NCBI GenBank assembly: GCA_000182565.2
Contig: KQ257452.1
Reading direction: 5' to 3' (one strand)
Length of the DNA: 64,000 nucleotides
Source of the DNA: Spizellomyces punctatus DAOM BR117
Taxonomy: Eukaryota
Within the stretch, counting starts at the first letter, position 1, and each line of letters opens with the position of its first letter. The notes beneath the pieces were generated by a model. It saw nothing but the letters and a program-made list of their open reading frames with translations. It searched no databases and was not told where the DNA came from. The position numbers and the translations under genes are program-made. Shown here one piece after another: positions 38,646 to 51,251 of this stretch.

Positions 38646-41600
38646 ATGACTGTTTCAAGTAAAGTATCGTCACCCTTAGAGACGTCAGTGGCCCATCTTC
38701 AACGTCAAGCCAAACATCGCCCAGATGAGCCTCTCTTTGTATTCCATGATGACAATTGTAATGTCATTGAGAAGCTCACCAGCAAGGAGGTCTACCGATG
38801 CGCACTCTCCATTGCTGCTGACCTGCGAAATGTTCTCGCACCCGGTGATCGCGCCGTCCTTTTATATCCACCTGGCACATCCTTCATCACTGCGTTTTTC
38901 GGATGCTTAATTGCCGGTATCGTTGCGATTCCAATGCCTCCAATTAACTTTACCGATACCCGTGACGAACAGCAATGGGATCATTTAGCAAAAGTAAGCA
39001 AAGCTTAGGAGTATTTTCTTCATGCATTGGAGCTCACGCTTTCTTCTTTTGATCCGTACAGGTGATTGAGACATCTGGAAGCAAAGTTATACTAACGGAT
39101 ACCATGTACTACAGGCTATCGACAGCCTACCAGATGAAAATTATGGTCAGCACACTTTCATTTCGGTCGAAATGGCCAAAGATCCCGTGGTAGGTGGTTT
39201 GGGATAATTATATGACTATGCCATCCGCGCGTTCTATACAAATCACGTGACAACTGATCCTTCCGTTGTCCAAAGGCGAACCACCGACACTGTCGCCGTC
39301 CAAGACAATATCAGTGAAGCAATCATTGTGCCTTCGACTCTGGACGACACTGCCTTTCTCCAGTTTACCTCTGGATCCACTTCCGCACCTAAAGGTACGC
39401 GGCGGCTATATATATATATATATGACTAGCCTAACTAATTTTGATCATGTTCCTTACAGGTGTCATTATGACCTACAGAAATGTCGGACATCAACTGGAC
39501 GTCTCTCGGGACACTTTGCTAACCCTTCCAGGCGGGAGCTATGTCTCATGGATCCCCCATTGGCATGACTTTGGTCTAATCGGAGCCATCCTGTGCACCG
39601 TGCACAACGACTCTACATATTACTTTACGTCACCATTGACGTTTATGCGAAAACCAAGTTCTTGGATTGAACTCATGTCGAGATACCGGGCGACACACAC
39701 CGCGGCCCCGACCTTTGCGTTTGATCTGGTGGTCAGGAAAACGCAGCCCGAAGAACGACTGGCGTGGGATCTGTCTGCGTTGAAGGTTATCAATATTTCG
39801 GCAGAACCAATTTCTTTTGACGTACTGCGAGGCTTTGCAGATGCTTTTGAAGCATCCGGGTTGAGACCTGGCTGTTTGGCTCCATGCTACGGATTGGCCG
39901 AGCACACAACGGGTATTACAGTATATGGTTCGTCTGTGTTGTGTGTGGACAAGCAGACACTAGAAGAAAGCAGTCAAGTAGAGGTGCGGCACTATAGCAA
40001 GGATGGATTGCACAAATGCCGGACCATACCTCTCGCTGGAGATAAGCAGGTGAAAGTCTTTGTTTCATCTGGTAAGCCGTACCGCGGTGTGACTGTTGCC
40101 ATTGTTGACCCGGTAGGTTGCTGATTGGCTTTGTGAGAGTATGGGAAAGTCGCTGTACTGTTTTCATGCACCGGACTGATGGTCAACTTTTGGTTTGCTA
40201 AAGATCTCGCGCTATCGCTGCCCACCACTGACCGTTGGGGAAATCTGGGTGGATAGTTGGTCAAAGGCGCCCGGTTATGACGGTCTGGCGGACGTCTCAA
40301 CAGAAACCATGGAGGCACGAATTGCTGATGACCCAGCAGATGCCACGCCATACCTTCGCACGGGTGACCTCGGTTTCTTTTATGACGGAGAATTGTACAT
40401 ATGCGGTAGAATTAAAGATATGATAGTTATTAATGGTGGGTTACCTGACTCGCACATACATATGGTCCGCGCCATTTTGTCTCTCAAGTATGTATTTCAC
40501 TTACAAACTGATCATTGCCGTGGTAAATATAGGTCACAACATTTATCCACAGGATATCGAGGACAAGTTGCGGAACAACGTCCATTCTGCTATCCGGCCC
40601 GGAGGTAGTAAGGAAAATCTATTCTTGTTTTTATGAACAGGACTGAAAACTGAGCCCATTTTGCATAGGCCTCGCTTCTTTTGCTGTGGAAGGTTCCAAG
40701 TTTGGAGAAGAAGGTCTCGTTGTATTTGTCGAAATCAAAAAGGAAGCAAATGACGGCGGCAAGAAAGGATCGGGTGCCGCGTCTTCTGATGCTTTGGGTC
40801 GAGACGTTGCCAAAGCAGTCCAGCGCGCTGTTGCGCGCGAGTTTGGCGTGCGTTGCTATGCGGTGGTCGTTGGCCTTCCCGGTCTTGTGCTCAAGACCAC
40901 AAGTGGAAAGGTTCGACGCCAAGCTTGTAAAAAAGAATTTGGCACTGGCGCAATTCACAAACTGAAAGCCACAATTTTGGTTGAGCGGTTTGGAAAATCT
41001 GACGAAAACAGCGAGAGACCACTTGTCTCTGAAGTCAGCGACTCATTAAACATTCCTGACCTTGTTCAAAGCCTCGACGCCCCGTTTCAATCCATTATAG
41101 GAGAATTGTCGACAATGTTTGGAGGCATGACGAAGCAATCGCATGACCGAGTCTTCCACCGTCGTGCAACAACATTATTGGGAACATGTCAAGTATTGGC
41201 CGATACCGATATTCCGGCCAACGACTTTCTTAAACCTGGGGCAGAGTATTCAGTATTGGTCCGTCATGCAAATGGGGTAGCTGATGATGACGCTGCAACC
41301 GATAATCGCGGAGCAACTGTTCGGCTCTTTGACGCAAAGCACAATGATATGAATCTGCCCAGCTTGGACTTACTGCTGACAACTGGAGAGTGCTTTGTTA
41401 ACGGAACTGCGGAGGATTTCCGTAACTGGATGCTAGCCTCCCTACCTGAAAAGGAACGCATTGCATCCGATAACCCGCTTGTCAGTGATGCGGCCTGGGC
41501 TGCATTCAGAGAAGGAATTGGATCGTATACTGATTATCATTACTACTCGAAGACATCAAGCATACTGACTGATGTCGATGGGGAAAAGCATATTGTTCAG

Positions 41601-44600
41601 TTCCGACTGGTAGGGGATGAGAAGAATGTCAATGGTAAGGTTATTTGTTCGAGTCTCGTACTCAGAACCATAGTACTCAGTTCGTGTTAACTCGTTTGCC
41701 ACTTAGCTGATCCCGGGAGGCTTAACCCAACAAGCATCCTTCCGCCAAATCGTCCGGCTATCCGTCAGCCAAACGACACCCGTCCCGCTGACTATCTTCA
41801 CGCCGAACTGCGAACTCGTCTCACATGGGGACCTATAACGTACTCTCTTCAAATTCGTGTCCATCCCTACTCGCGTGCCGCACCTTTAAACGCTCGGGCA
41901 TTGGATGCAACAATTCCATGGCCCAAACATCTTCAATGGCAGACAGTTGGCCGATTTACCTTGGACAGAATAGTCGATGACGAGCAGGCAGTGACGAAGC
42001 TCGCATTTAATGTATTTCATGCCCCTGCAGTCATTCGTCCCCCATTGACACGCTCGTCTCGGGATCCTGCGTCCTTAGCCTTGACCAGAGCGATCGTATA
42101 TGATGTGGCGGCTCGAACAAGAAGAGGAGAAAAGATTCCAGAATCTATTGCTAAGCTGGCTGCTTCTCGTCCGGTTCATCAATCCCCGTCCAGGGCCGAG
42201 AAAAGTCAAGGAAAATTGGAAGCGGTAGAGAAATTAACCACATTTGAGGTATCTGTGAGCAAGTCTCCCTACAGCTCATCAATCTCTGCACCTTTGCCAT
42301 CGTTCCAGCGAACTACACCGCTTCGGGTCGCTGTTATCGGTGCTGGACCCTCCGGACTCGCCGCAGCGTACGCTTTGCACAAATTGGGCTACGCTGTAAC
42401 AGTATACGAAGCATCCGATCGCATTGGCGGCAAGGCTGGTACCGTGAACGTGAAGGGGCTAGATTTTGATCTTGGAGGACACGTATGCACTCAGAGGTAC
42501 ACCAAGACTTGGTCCTTGGTGCAAGAGCTTGGCCTCCCAACAGAAGAAGTTACCCCAGGCAAGATCCTGAATCCAAGCAACCAGACCTGGCGCACGATTT
42601 ACGAAGTAACTGAGAAGGAACGTACCCCAGCGTGGCTTCTGGAGGCTGCATCGTACATGAAGATTCAACGGCAATACTTCCCGGAACCTTTTCCGACTAG
42701 ATTGTCGGCAAATGCAAAGTTGACAAACCTCACCGCGCCTGCAGCCAATTTCCTGAATAGCAACGGTCTTCCAAATTATCGCAAGGACATTGAGATCTTT
42801 TACTCCGGATGCGGCTACGGCATGCTCGATGAGCCTGACCATCCAGCCGCACATCTGATCAAATACTCTGAACTTCTCGGACTGTATGATACTGTCGACA
42901 CTCCCAGGCAATGGACGGTGAAGGGAGGTATGGGGAAACTATTCGAAGCTATAGCTAGCAAGTTGCCAGATATACGGCTAGCTTCCAGAGTAAATTGGGT
43001 GCAGAGAAAGGACGGTCAGATCTCGGTGCAAGCTGAAGGTCAGGAGCCCGCTACTTTTGATCGGGTCATGGTCGGTGTCTCTCCAAAAGTCTTTGAGTCG
43101 ATCTGTGCAGACGTTACAGTGCAGGAACGTGAGCTATTCGAAAATGTGCGATATCGCAATTACTGGACAATTATCTTTACTGCCGATGGTTTACCAAAGA
43201 AGGGATTCTTCCTGTTGGAAAATAACCAAGTGCAACAAAAGGGTTTGTGTTTCCTTTTGGCATTTTTTATTAGCATACATTTCCAGTACACTAATACCTT
43301 ACTATCAGAGGGTCATGTCGTCGCATTGCACCACCGTTACGATGACTCGAACATTTATTGTGCATACTCATACGGCGCAGAGTCTCATTCCGCAAAGGAT
43401 ATAGTTGCGTTCCTTCATGAGGATGTTGCCGAAATGGGCGGAAAAATGATTGAGGTTCACGGAACGTATCAATGGGGTGACTACATGCCTCATTATGGGC
43501 CAAAAGAACTTCCTACGATGCAAAAGAAGTTGGAAGCATATCAGGGAACCAAAGGAACCTTTTTCCTCGGCGGGTTGTTGTCCTTTGAGTTAATCGAATG
43601 CAACGTTTCTTACGCGACTGGCTTGGTGGAACGCTTTTTTACTGGGTCCTTTGCAACAGCCCCCAAGGACGTACAGATAACAAGCACGTCCAGTGGTACA
43701 CCCTTGCAGAGCTTCCACTTAGAAAACAATGAAGAACGGAAGCGCCGATCAATGGTGGATTACATTCGATTGGTCCTGAAAGAAGAGTTGGGAGATGAAG
43801 CCGTTGCTGAGATCGGGGATGAGGATGAGTTCTCGACTTTGGGTCTAAACAGTATCGCTGCTACTCGTATGACCGATCGTATCTGCAAAGACACGCAGGT
43901 CACGATTGCCCCTGTGACGCTATTTGCCTTCCCGACCATCGTGGCGCTTGCGGACCATCTTGTTGAGCTACATGCTGATCAGAGCATCGCGAACGAGGTG
44001 CCCGTCCCACTATCTCACCCGGTGCCGCACAGTTTCCGTCAGATGCCAAGTTTAATGGTTGCTACGGCACAAATACCCGAGATTTCTGTGCCTGTAGACG
44101 TGAAAGACAGACCCTTGGACATATTGAAGAAGGTGTCGAGCGACCAGGAGCGTCGTCAGGCGCTCTGTACGTATTTGCAGACCATATTACGCGAAGAGCT
44201 CGGGAGCGATGCGCTGAATGGATTCGATCAAGAAACCGAATTTGCGTCGATCGGGATGAACAGTATTCAATTCTCGTCTTTATCGAGCAAATTATCGACC
44301 GACGTTGGTGTAAACCTCGCACCGGTCACCTTCTTTGCTTTCCCAACAGTAACAGCCCTGGTGGACCATCTGGCAGAAATCGTAGATGTTGGGACTCTTG
44401 ATAAGCCTGTTGCTTGCCACAATGTATCCTCTAGCCCAGTGACACCGCCGCCTAGATACACCTCAAACACATCACCCTCTCCAACAGTAGATTCAAGGAG
44501 CACAGGAGGCTCGTACATTCGTCACCGCAACCTGACACTAGAAACGTCTTGCCATACAGCCTGCTTGGTTGACGTCTTTGTCCCTGCTACGTGGACCAGA

Positions 44601-47600
44601 ACTGGCTTGCTCGTCGATGTCATCAGTCGCGGATGGAACTCAAACGTTGCAGAAGTTGATCGCAAGTTAGCCCTGTACGATCATCTTTGTCACAAGGGAT
44701 ACGTGGTTGTTGCGGTCCGTGTTGGTTCCGGCCCAGATGTCAACTTGGCTACGATGGTGGCGGGCATCAGGGCTGCAATTCAATGGACTACTACCACTTC
44801 TGCTCGGGTGGAGTTGATGGGTATCCGTAGTGACAACATTGAAACCGTGCTTATGGGCGAGCACACAGGAGGTTTTGTTGCCGCTTCTTCCATTGGCCGC
44901 TTAAGCGCCACAGAAATGGTCGATCGTGTACTTCTCGTCCAGGTATGGCAAGTTTCTGCAATTTTAAAGCTCCTGTAGTCCGCCTAACTTTTTTTGATGC
45001 CTCCAATTAGCCTACGGTTGACTTCCAAGTCCCTCCACAAAGTAGATCGGGCGTTGCATTCCCATATGAAACTTTATCGGCTGCCAGCCTTTTGGCTCTG
45101 GAAGTGCCCGAATTGGCCAATAAACCGGAAATCGCTCTCGTGGGTCATTCTGGAAGCTGGTCGCTGCCTATGAGAGACTTGTCTGAATATTCACGGAAAT
45201 TTGCTCGTCGTAATGTCATTGCCTTCTTTGGCGCTGTCGACAGCCAGATGTGTAGCTCGGAGAGTGCATTGGAATGGTTGACCGGTGTGTAACTGTACTG
45301 GAATAGACAATAAAGTTTTTTTGTACCTTGTGTACTTCGAATTAGCTTTATATTCATCTTTCCTATTCTCACTAGAAAAAGACCGAACGGTCACTACAAA
45401 AAGGCTGGCGAAGAAACAATCCACCCCAACTGCACACTCAACGGCCACTGTCCAAAGATTACCTGCAAGCGATAAATCACTCCTCACAGTAGACCACGCG
45501 GTCGCTACCAAAACACAACTTGTCCCTCCAAGAACACCTCCTCCGAAGAATTCACTAAAACGGAGAGTTCCAGAATCAATTCAGGCATGCGATGGATGGT
45601 TCCTTATAACACCCAGTCAAGTATTGCCACCTAGTGTTCGCCTTCTAGTCCTTCACGATGCTGGGGGTAGTGCCGATCTCTATTCAAACTGGCCATCCCA
45701 GGTACCGCAGAGCTTGGAACTCGTTCGAATCGAGCTCCCAGGACATGGGCAACACCGTGGCGAACACTTCACCGACGGAAATGCACTTATCGGGGCATTG
45801 CTCAATGTCTTGGAACCAATGCTGGCCGATGGCATGCCATATGCCATTTTTGGACATTCTATGGGCGCAGCGCTCACCTTTGAGCTCACCAAAGCGATTT
45901 ATGAGCGGAAATGGGCTAGCCCCTTGATGATCTTCCTTTCTAGTTACCCGGCATTCAACGGTACCGATTATAAAATGGCGATAGAGCACAAAGCCGATAG
46001 ATCGGTTCTGTTTTCTTTGGCGGCTACTAGAACAGATGTATGTCTCCCTATCCCTGTATGTGCAATGGGAGGTGAGGAGGAAGCGATGAAGGGACTTTTG
46101 CCCTGTCTCTCAGCGTGGCGAAAACGAACGACTGCGGCCGGCTACCGAGGATTTTCTGTGAAACTATTCCCTGGAAACCACTTTTACGTCGCCGGTGCGG
46201 CTAGAGACGCTGTGGCTGAATATGTTTTCAAGCGGGTTTTCGATGCATTGGAAATGCGTGACCGATCAGCGGTTCCTCCCGAACGATATTTCCGAATGAA
46301 TGACCAGCCTGCGGAGATGCAGAATGACATAAACCCGTCCGTGCAAGCTTTGGCTCAGTCCTGGCGACGAAACCCGGCATCTATTACGTCCACTCAGGCT
46401 TTCTATTCGTTAGCGTGCATTGCCCGGCTTCTTGACGATGAAACCGGCAGACCCATCTTTGCAAACGGTTTGGAAGTTGTTTTGGGGATGCTAAACGAGG
46501 ATGGATACGGCTTCATCCAACCACAGCCGCTTGCGGTGGCTAACTGTGCAGCAGCCCTGGCTGTTGCAAACACATTGATGCTTCTCAACAGAGATGAGGA
46601 GCATAACGCAGGCTTCGATCATATGGACCGTCTGGTAAACTATGTGTTTGACGAATTGGCCAAAGTGAGGAGCGCAAAGAGATTGAAAAAGAGCGATTTA
46701 CCTTGTAAGTTCTCAGTAGATGATGCTGACGGTGCGTTTGACACCATGCTAATGAAAACTTGACACAGACGGAAAATACTTCGAGTTTTCCGACTTCTTG
46801 GCGATAAACCATACCTTTTATCACGAAGGTGCCTTATTTCTCAAACTGGCTTCCGATTCTTTGTGCCCCCAGGACAAGCGTCGTGAACTGGAAGTTTCCC
46901 TCAAGTCGGTAGCGTACGTTAGGATGGCATACGGGAAAGGAGTTGACTTGAAATCCTTATTTGACACGAATCACACTTTATTGTGGTTTGCGCATTGTGA
47001 GTTGTCATTGCAGGTGCTACGTTATGTTGTCAGCGCTACAAGAGCTGACTCTTTTTTTGTTGGGTAGACTTCAAAGACGGTACCTTGTCTAGTTCCGCTG
47101 CTCGGTCTCATGCGGCTGCCCGTAAAGTTGTCGGCTGGAACGTTGCTTCCACAGTGAAATTCTATGAAGAGACCAAAGACTCAAATGCTCTGCAAACGCT
47201 TCGCACGATGATGAAAAGGCCACGTATGTACTCTTCTGGGGTTAATGTAATAGTCGTTTTTGCGTCTGTTCTAACTCCCACAATTAGATGACGGCCTGCA
47301 TCCGGATATGTACCTTATGGAAACCCTGTTCATTTTCTATTATCTCCGCCGCGGCGGTGTCGACCTCCTCGCAGCAGGGTTTGAAGATGAACTGCGCTAC
47401 CTTGCGTCCTGTCTGGAACCAGACGGCGTTGGTATCTTTGAAGATCTGGGTCTCAAAGACGTGGATGTGTCCGCATTGGCCATATACCTGTTGCAGAATA
47501 CTCACATTCCTTCCCGTATGCGGGTTACCGGTTTGGAAGCATTTTGGAACGAGCGATATGGATTTTACGAAAATTTCGAAAGATCGGACTTTTTCGTGAC

Positions 47601-48213
47601 GGCGAATCATATGCACATCCTCGAAGCGTACTGCACGGCGCCGGATGATCATGTTTCGTTCGAAGGCAAACTGAAAATTTGGCAACGCATCACGGGCCTT
47701 CTTAAAACAAGGTCATGGGGAGAACATAACCACCTGTCATCCCTATACATTTGGGAAAGGGTTGTCTCGTGCATTTACACATATCAGCACCTGTTCCCCG
47801 ATGACCCTGTAGACGTACACAAAGTTGCCTTGGAACTCATCCTTCAGTTGCAAGACGAGCAATCAGGGGGAGTTGGCTCGGCGGCCTTAAACGGACGGCC
47901 AAATATGGAGGAAACCGGAATGGCTCTTTTGGCCATTCGAAGTGCCCTAAGAAGCAAAGGAGGTTTAGAGGAAAGCCTGCGGATCAAATGTGAACGAGCG
48001 CTCAGGAAAGGGAAGAAATATCTCCAAAAAGAGTGGGACAAATGCAGCAAGGAGGAAATTCCCATGTTTGAGGCGCTGTGGCCTGGTATGTGCCATGAAA
48101 TGAGAGTGAAGCCGTTGTGCCGATGTTAACAATTCCAATCTATTGTAGGATACCTGGCATTCTGTCCGACAAATATCGTTAAATCGATCATTGTTTCAAG
48201 TCTGCTGGAGTGA
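38646..48213 (+). CDS. Giant multidomain enzyme (~2,845 aa, 15 exons): FAAL, catalase-related heme domain, FAD oxidoreductase, ACP, ACP, degenerate alpha/beta hydrolase, thioesterase, class II terpene-cyclase-like gamma-beta didomain
   Basis: Manual splicing with GT-AG introns 38994-39061, 39190-39275, 39395-39459, 40113-40203, 40436-40532, 40605-40668, 41635-41706, 43243-43308, 44943-45010, 45285-45375, 46705-46768, 46997-47067, 47224-47287 and 48086-48148 gives one 8,538-nt open frame. Motifs: FLQFTSGSTSAPKG, PCYGLAE, YLRTGDLGF, KTTSGKVRR; RVFH, RHAN, RAIVY; VIGAGPSGLAAA; LGLNS, IGMNS; GHSMG, GNHFY; KDVDVS, NMEETGMALLA. Confidence 0.85.
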
Positions 48214-51200
48214 TAGACTAGATTATTCACGGGATAGTTTTGGACGGGTTAGAATAGGTGGGATTCTGCATCGAGGTGGAGGAACTGTTTGCACATATAA
48301 TAGGCATTGAAAAATTCAATATGGTTGCTCTGCTTCATAGTTTAACCTTCGAACTACTATTTGTTGATAGTAATGATGCTGACGGTCGTGATTGCTTCAT
48401 TCATCACTCAAAGTCGACGAGCTGCCTTTGTCATTGCGCGAAACACCAACAGAGCTCTAGGCAAGCAACGATTTGAAAACAATATTCTTTTCAAAAGATG
48501 GAGTAGCTTATGTAAATTCCCATGTTGCTCTCTTCCCAGGCACCTGAAATTGCACAATATCTTTGACTTGGCTGGTTCTCGCGATGGCCGAATTAACTCG
48601 ATTCACCAGACCTTCCAAAAAGGTCCGTTTTGAATATTGATCTTGCTGAAATTTGCACCGTCCGTACGATCTGTCGTCCAATGTTTCCCGTAAATCTAAT
48701 TGAGTGGCATCTGTAAATACCCAACGCATTTACAGTTATGCATGGAACCGTGTATACTGACCTCCTTGGCAGAGAGAATCGGAATGTACCTTTGATAAGT
48801 TCTCTGACCCTCAAGGCAATGCTCGGGTTCGACTAGATACTTATCACCATTAAGATAATTCCTGCGGGATATCAGGGATGGTACTCTCTGAATGGTTTTG
48901 CACATACAATGTATTCAAGCTTTTCAGTCAACATCTCGTTCAAAAATGGAAACGAGAGGGATATCCAAACGGGGTATCATAATTTGAGAACCGCCCTCTC
49001 ATGCGCAAACATATTGGCCTTACGATAAGACAAATAATACATTTCAACTCCTTTTCCAGCACAGAACGTCGCAAACTTCAAGACTATCCGTCAAATATGG
49101 CACGCTTTACAGTGATGTGCATCCCAGAGAAGAGCCAAAGCTACCTATCCTACAAACAAAGCAAACCCTTCAAAGCCAGCATGCCCTACTTTAAGAAAAT
49201 GGGACCTTCAAAGACGCACGTCGAGTTTAAAGAAACCTCTTTGACAATATCTCAAAGAAAATTTCCTCACCTCTCCCATACCGGGCATTTTCAATGAGCG
49301 TAAACTTAGGAAACAGTTTCAGGAGCGGTTGCGTCATTGCTGTGCTGCGAAGTATTGTACAATTAGATCGAGCGTTGCTCTGAAGCATCACAGATGCCTC
49401 GCACGGACGCAACCGTGGTTGACAGTCAAACCATATCGGACTTGGGAGGCATCGCCTTAAAGTATTCTCGTCATTAACTATGTATGGGATATGTGGTGCC
49501 ATCAGTTTGATGACAACGGCGCATGGGATTTTGTGGAAGGTGGGCTTGTGGGCTTTTGAGCAGGTCAATCAGATACAATTCTTGTGCCAAGAAGGCATGG
49601 CAAACCCGCCATGCATAGTTGGGGCTGAGGGCTGTGAAAACCAAATCCTCAAGTGTTTCTGGGTTTGGCACGAGCTCGGAACAAGCATAAAAGATGCGCT
49701 AAGCAAGACTATCCCCCGTTCACCAATGCAGAGGAACATTACCGTTTGGGGAGGACCGTGGGAAAATCAAGATAAACAAATGACTCGCTTCACGCGTTTA
49801 CATAATCTGAACTTACGCGACGTGTGCAAGGGGAACGAACGCACGCCAGGAGGTCTGCCAGGAGGTGGAAAACGACGACGATGATTGGGTGTTCATGGCG
49901 TGCTCAGAAGAATGACGTACGCAGGATACGGAATCTTCCGCCGAGAATTCCCGAAATGCAAAAAAAAGCGCAGTTCCCCAGGGTTATAAAAAGGCGACCC
50001 TCTCTCGCATCCCCCCGCATTTCTCTTCATCTTTCCTTCCGCCTCGGGATGGCATAAAACTCGCTCCAGCCATGGGTACTGGCGTAAAACTCAACTCGGT
50101 CCAAAAGTATACCGGATAACTTTAAAGGCCGTTGTAGTAATGCAACGTGATAACCTCTTTGAGGTGGGCGCCTGGGACTGATCGTGTGCGCGCGCCAGAA
50201 ATGGTAGGAGCAACGACTCGCCGGAGCCTTCGGGCGATGATGGCATCCTCTTCGGGGGAAGGGCCTGTGATAAAGGGTGAAATAGGATGAAATATGATAT
50301 CTTGACAAAGTAGAGAAACCGGCGCGGTATTTCCCGTGCATACTTTGGATCCACAGCCGCCTTGATAACCGCCTTGCTGCTCACAAATGGTCTCCGCTTC
50401 TCAGACCTACGAAAATCCACGAGATGCAGACAACTTCTGAGCTAGACTCTTACTCTTACTCGGCACTTCCTGGCTCCTGGCTCCCGCGCTACAGGATTCC
50501 AAGATAACCCCCACGAACACCGCTCTGGTTTCGGTGCGCCGACTGCAGCAGAACTCTAACCGCCCACAGGACAACTTGCAAACTGCAAACACTTCTTCAT
50601 CTCCGCCGCTGCCTTCCCAGCTGTTGCCCCGGCTCCTACCTCACATGTTCCGTTACCTTCATCCTCATCGGTATCGGTTGAAACGACGATTTTCGCCCGT
50701 CCCATCAAGACCATCATTGAGCGAATAATCCATCAACGCCAGCCGTCGCTGCAAGCCTGCATGCTGTGTAACTATCCTAACCTTGCCGTGGTTAATACAA
50801 GACCGCAGGCTGTCCCCAGTGCGGAATAAGTTCGGCACTGGTGAGAAATCCCCACGCTCAACTATCAGCATTATACGGATGGTAAGTGTACGCCAGACCA
50901 GACCCTTTCTCAATCGTCAACCCTGACCTGCCCTTTGATATCTCAATTTGCATCATCACCATGTCCAAGTGCGTGCGGAGCCAACTTGTTATCGCCCGGT
51001 CACAGGAGATGGGGAAAACGAAGCCAAAATACGAGCAAATCCGCACTGCCAAAGTGGAAGCGCTAATAGGGGGAGGTAGGATTAGTTGCAGCACATATCG
51101 AGGAGAAGCCACGGCTTCCAAGCGGCGGTCAACACATGTTCACAGCTGATCCATTCTGGATCTGTGTTGATTAGCCCAAAGCGACACCCGGTTTACGTGC

Positions 51201-51251
51201 AACAGAAGGGCCCTTGGCCTTCCACCGCCAAAGGACAACCAGACATATCAA

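Noticed and set aside
39407-39423. (TA)n run
   Set aside because: Short intronic microsatellite.
49227-49884. Overlapping short ORFs resembling a frameshifted gene remnant
   Set aside because: No family could be assigned from sequence alone.
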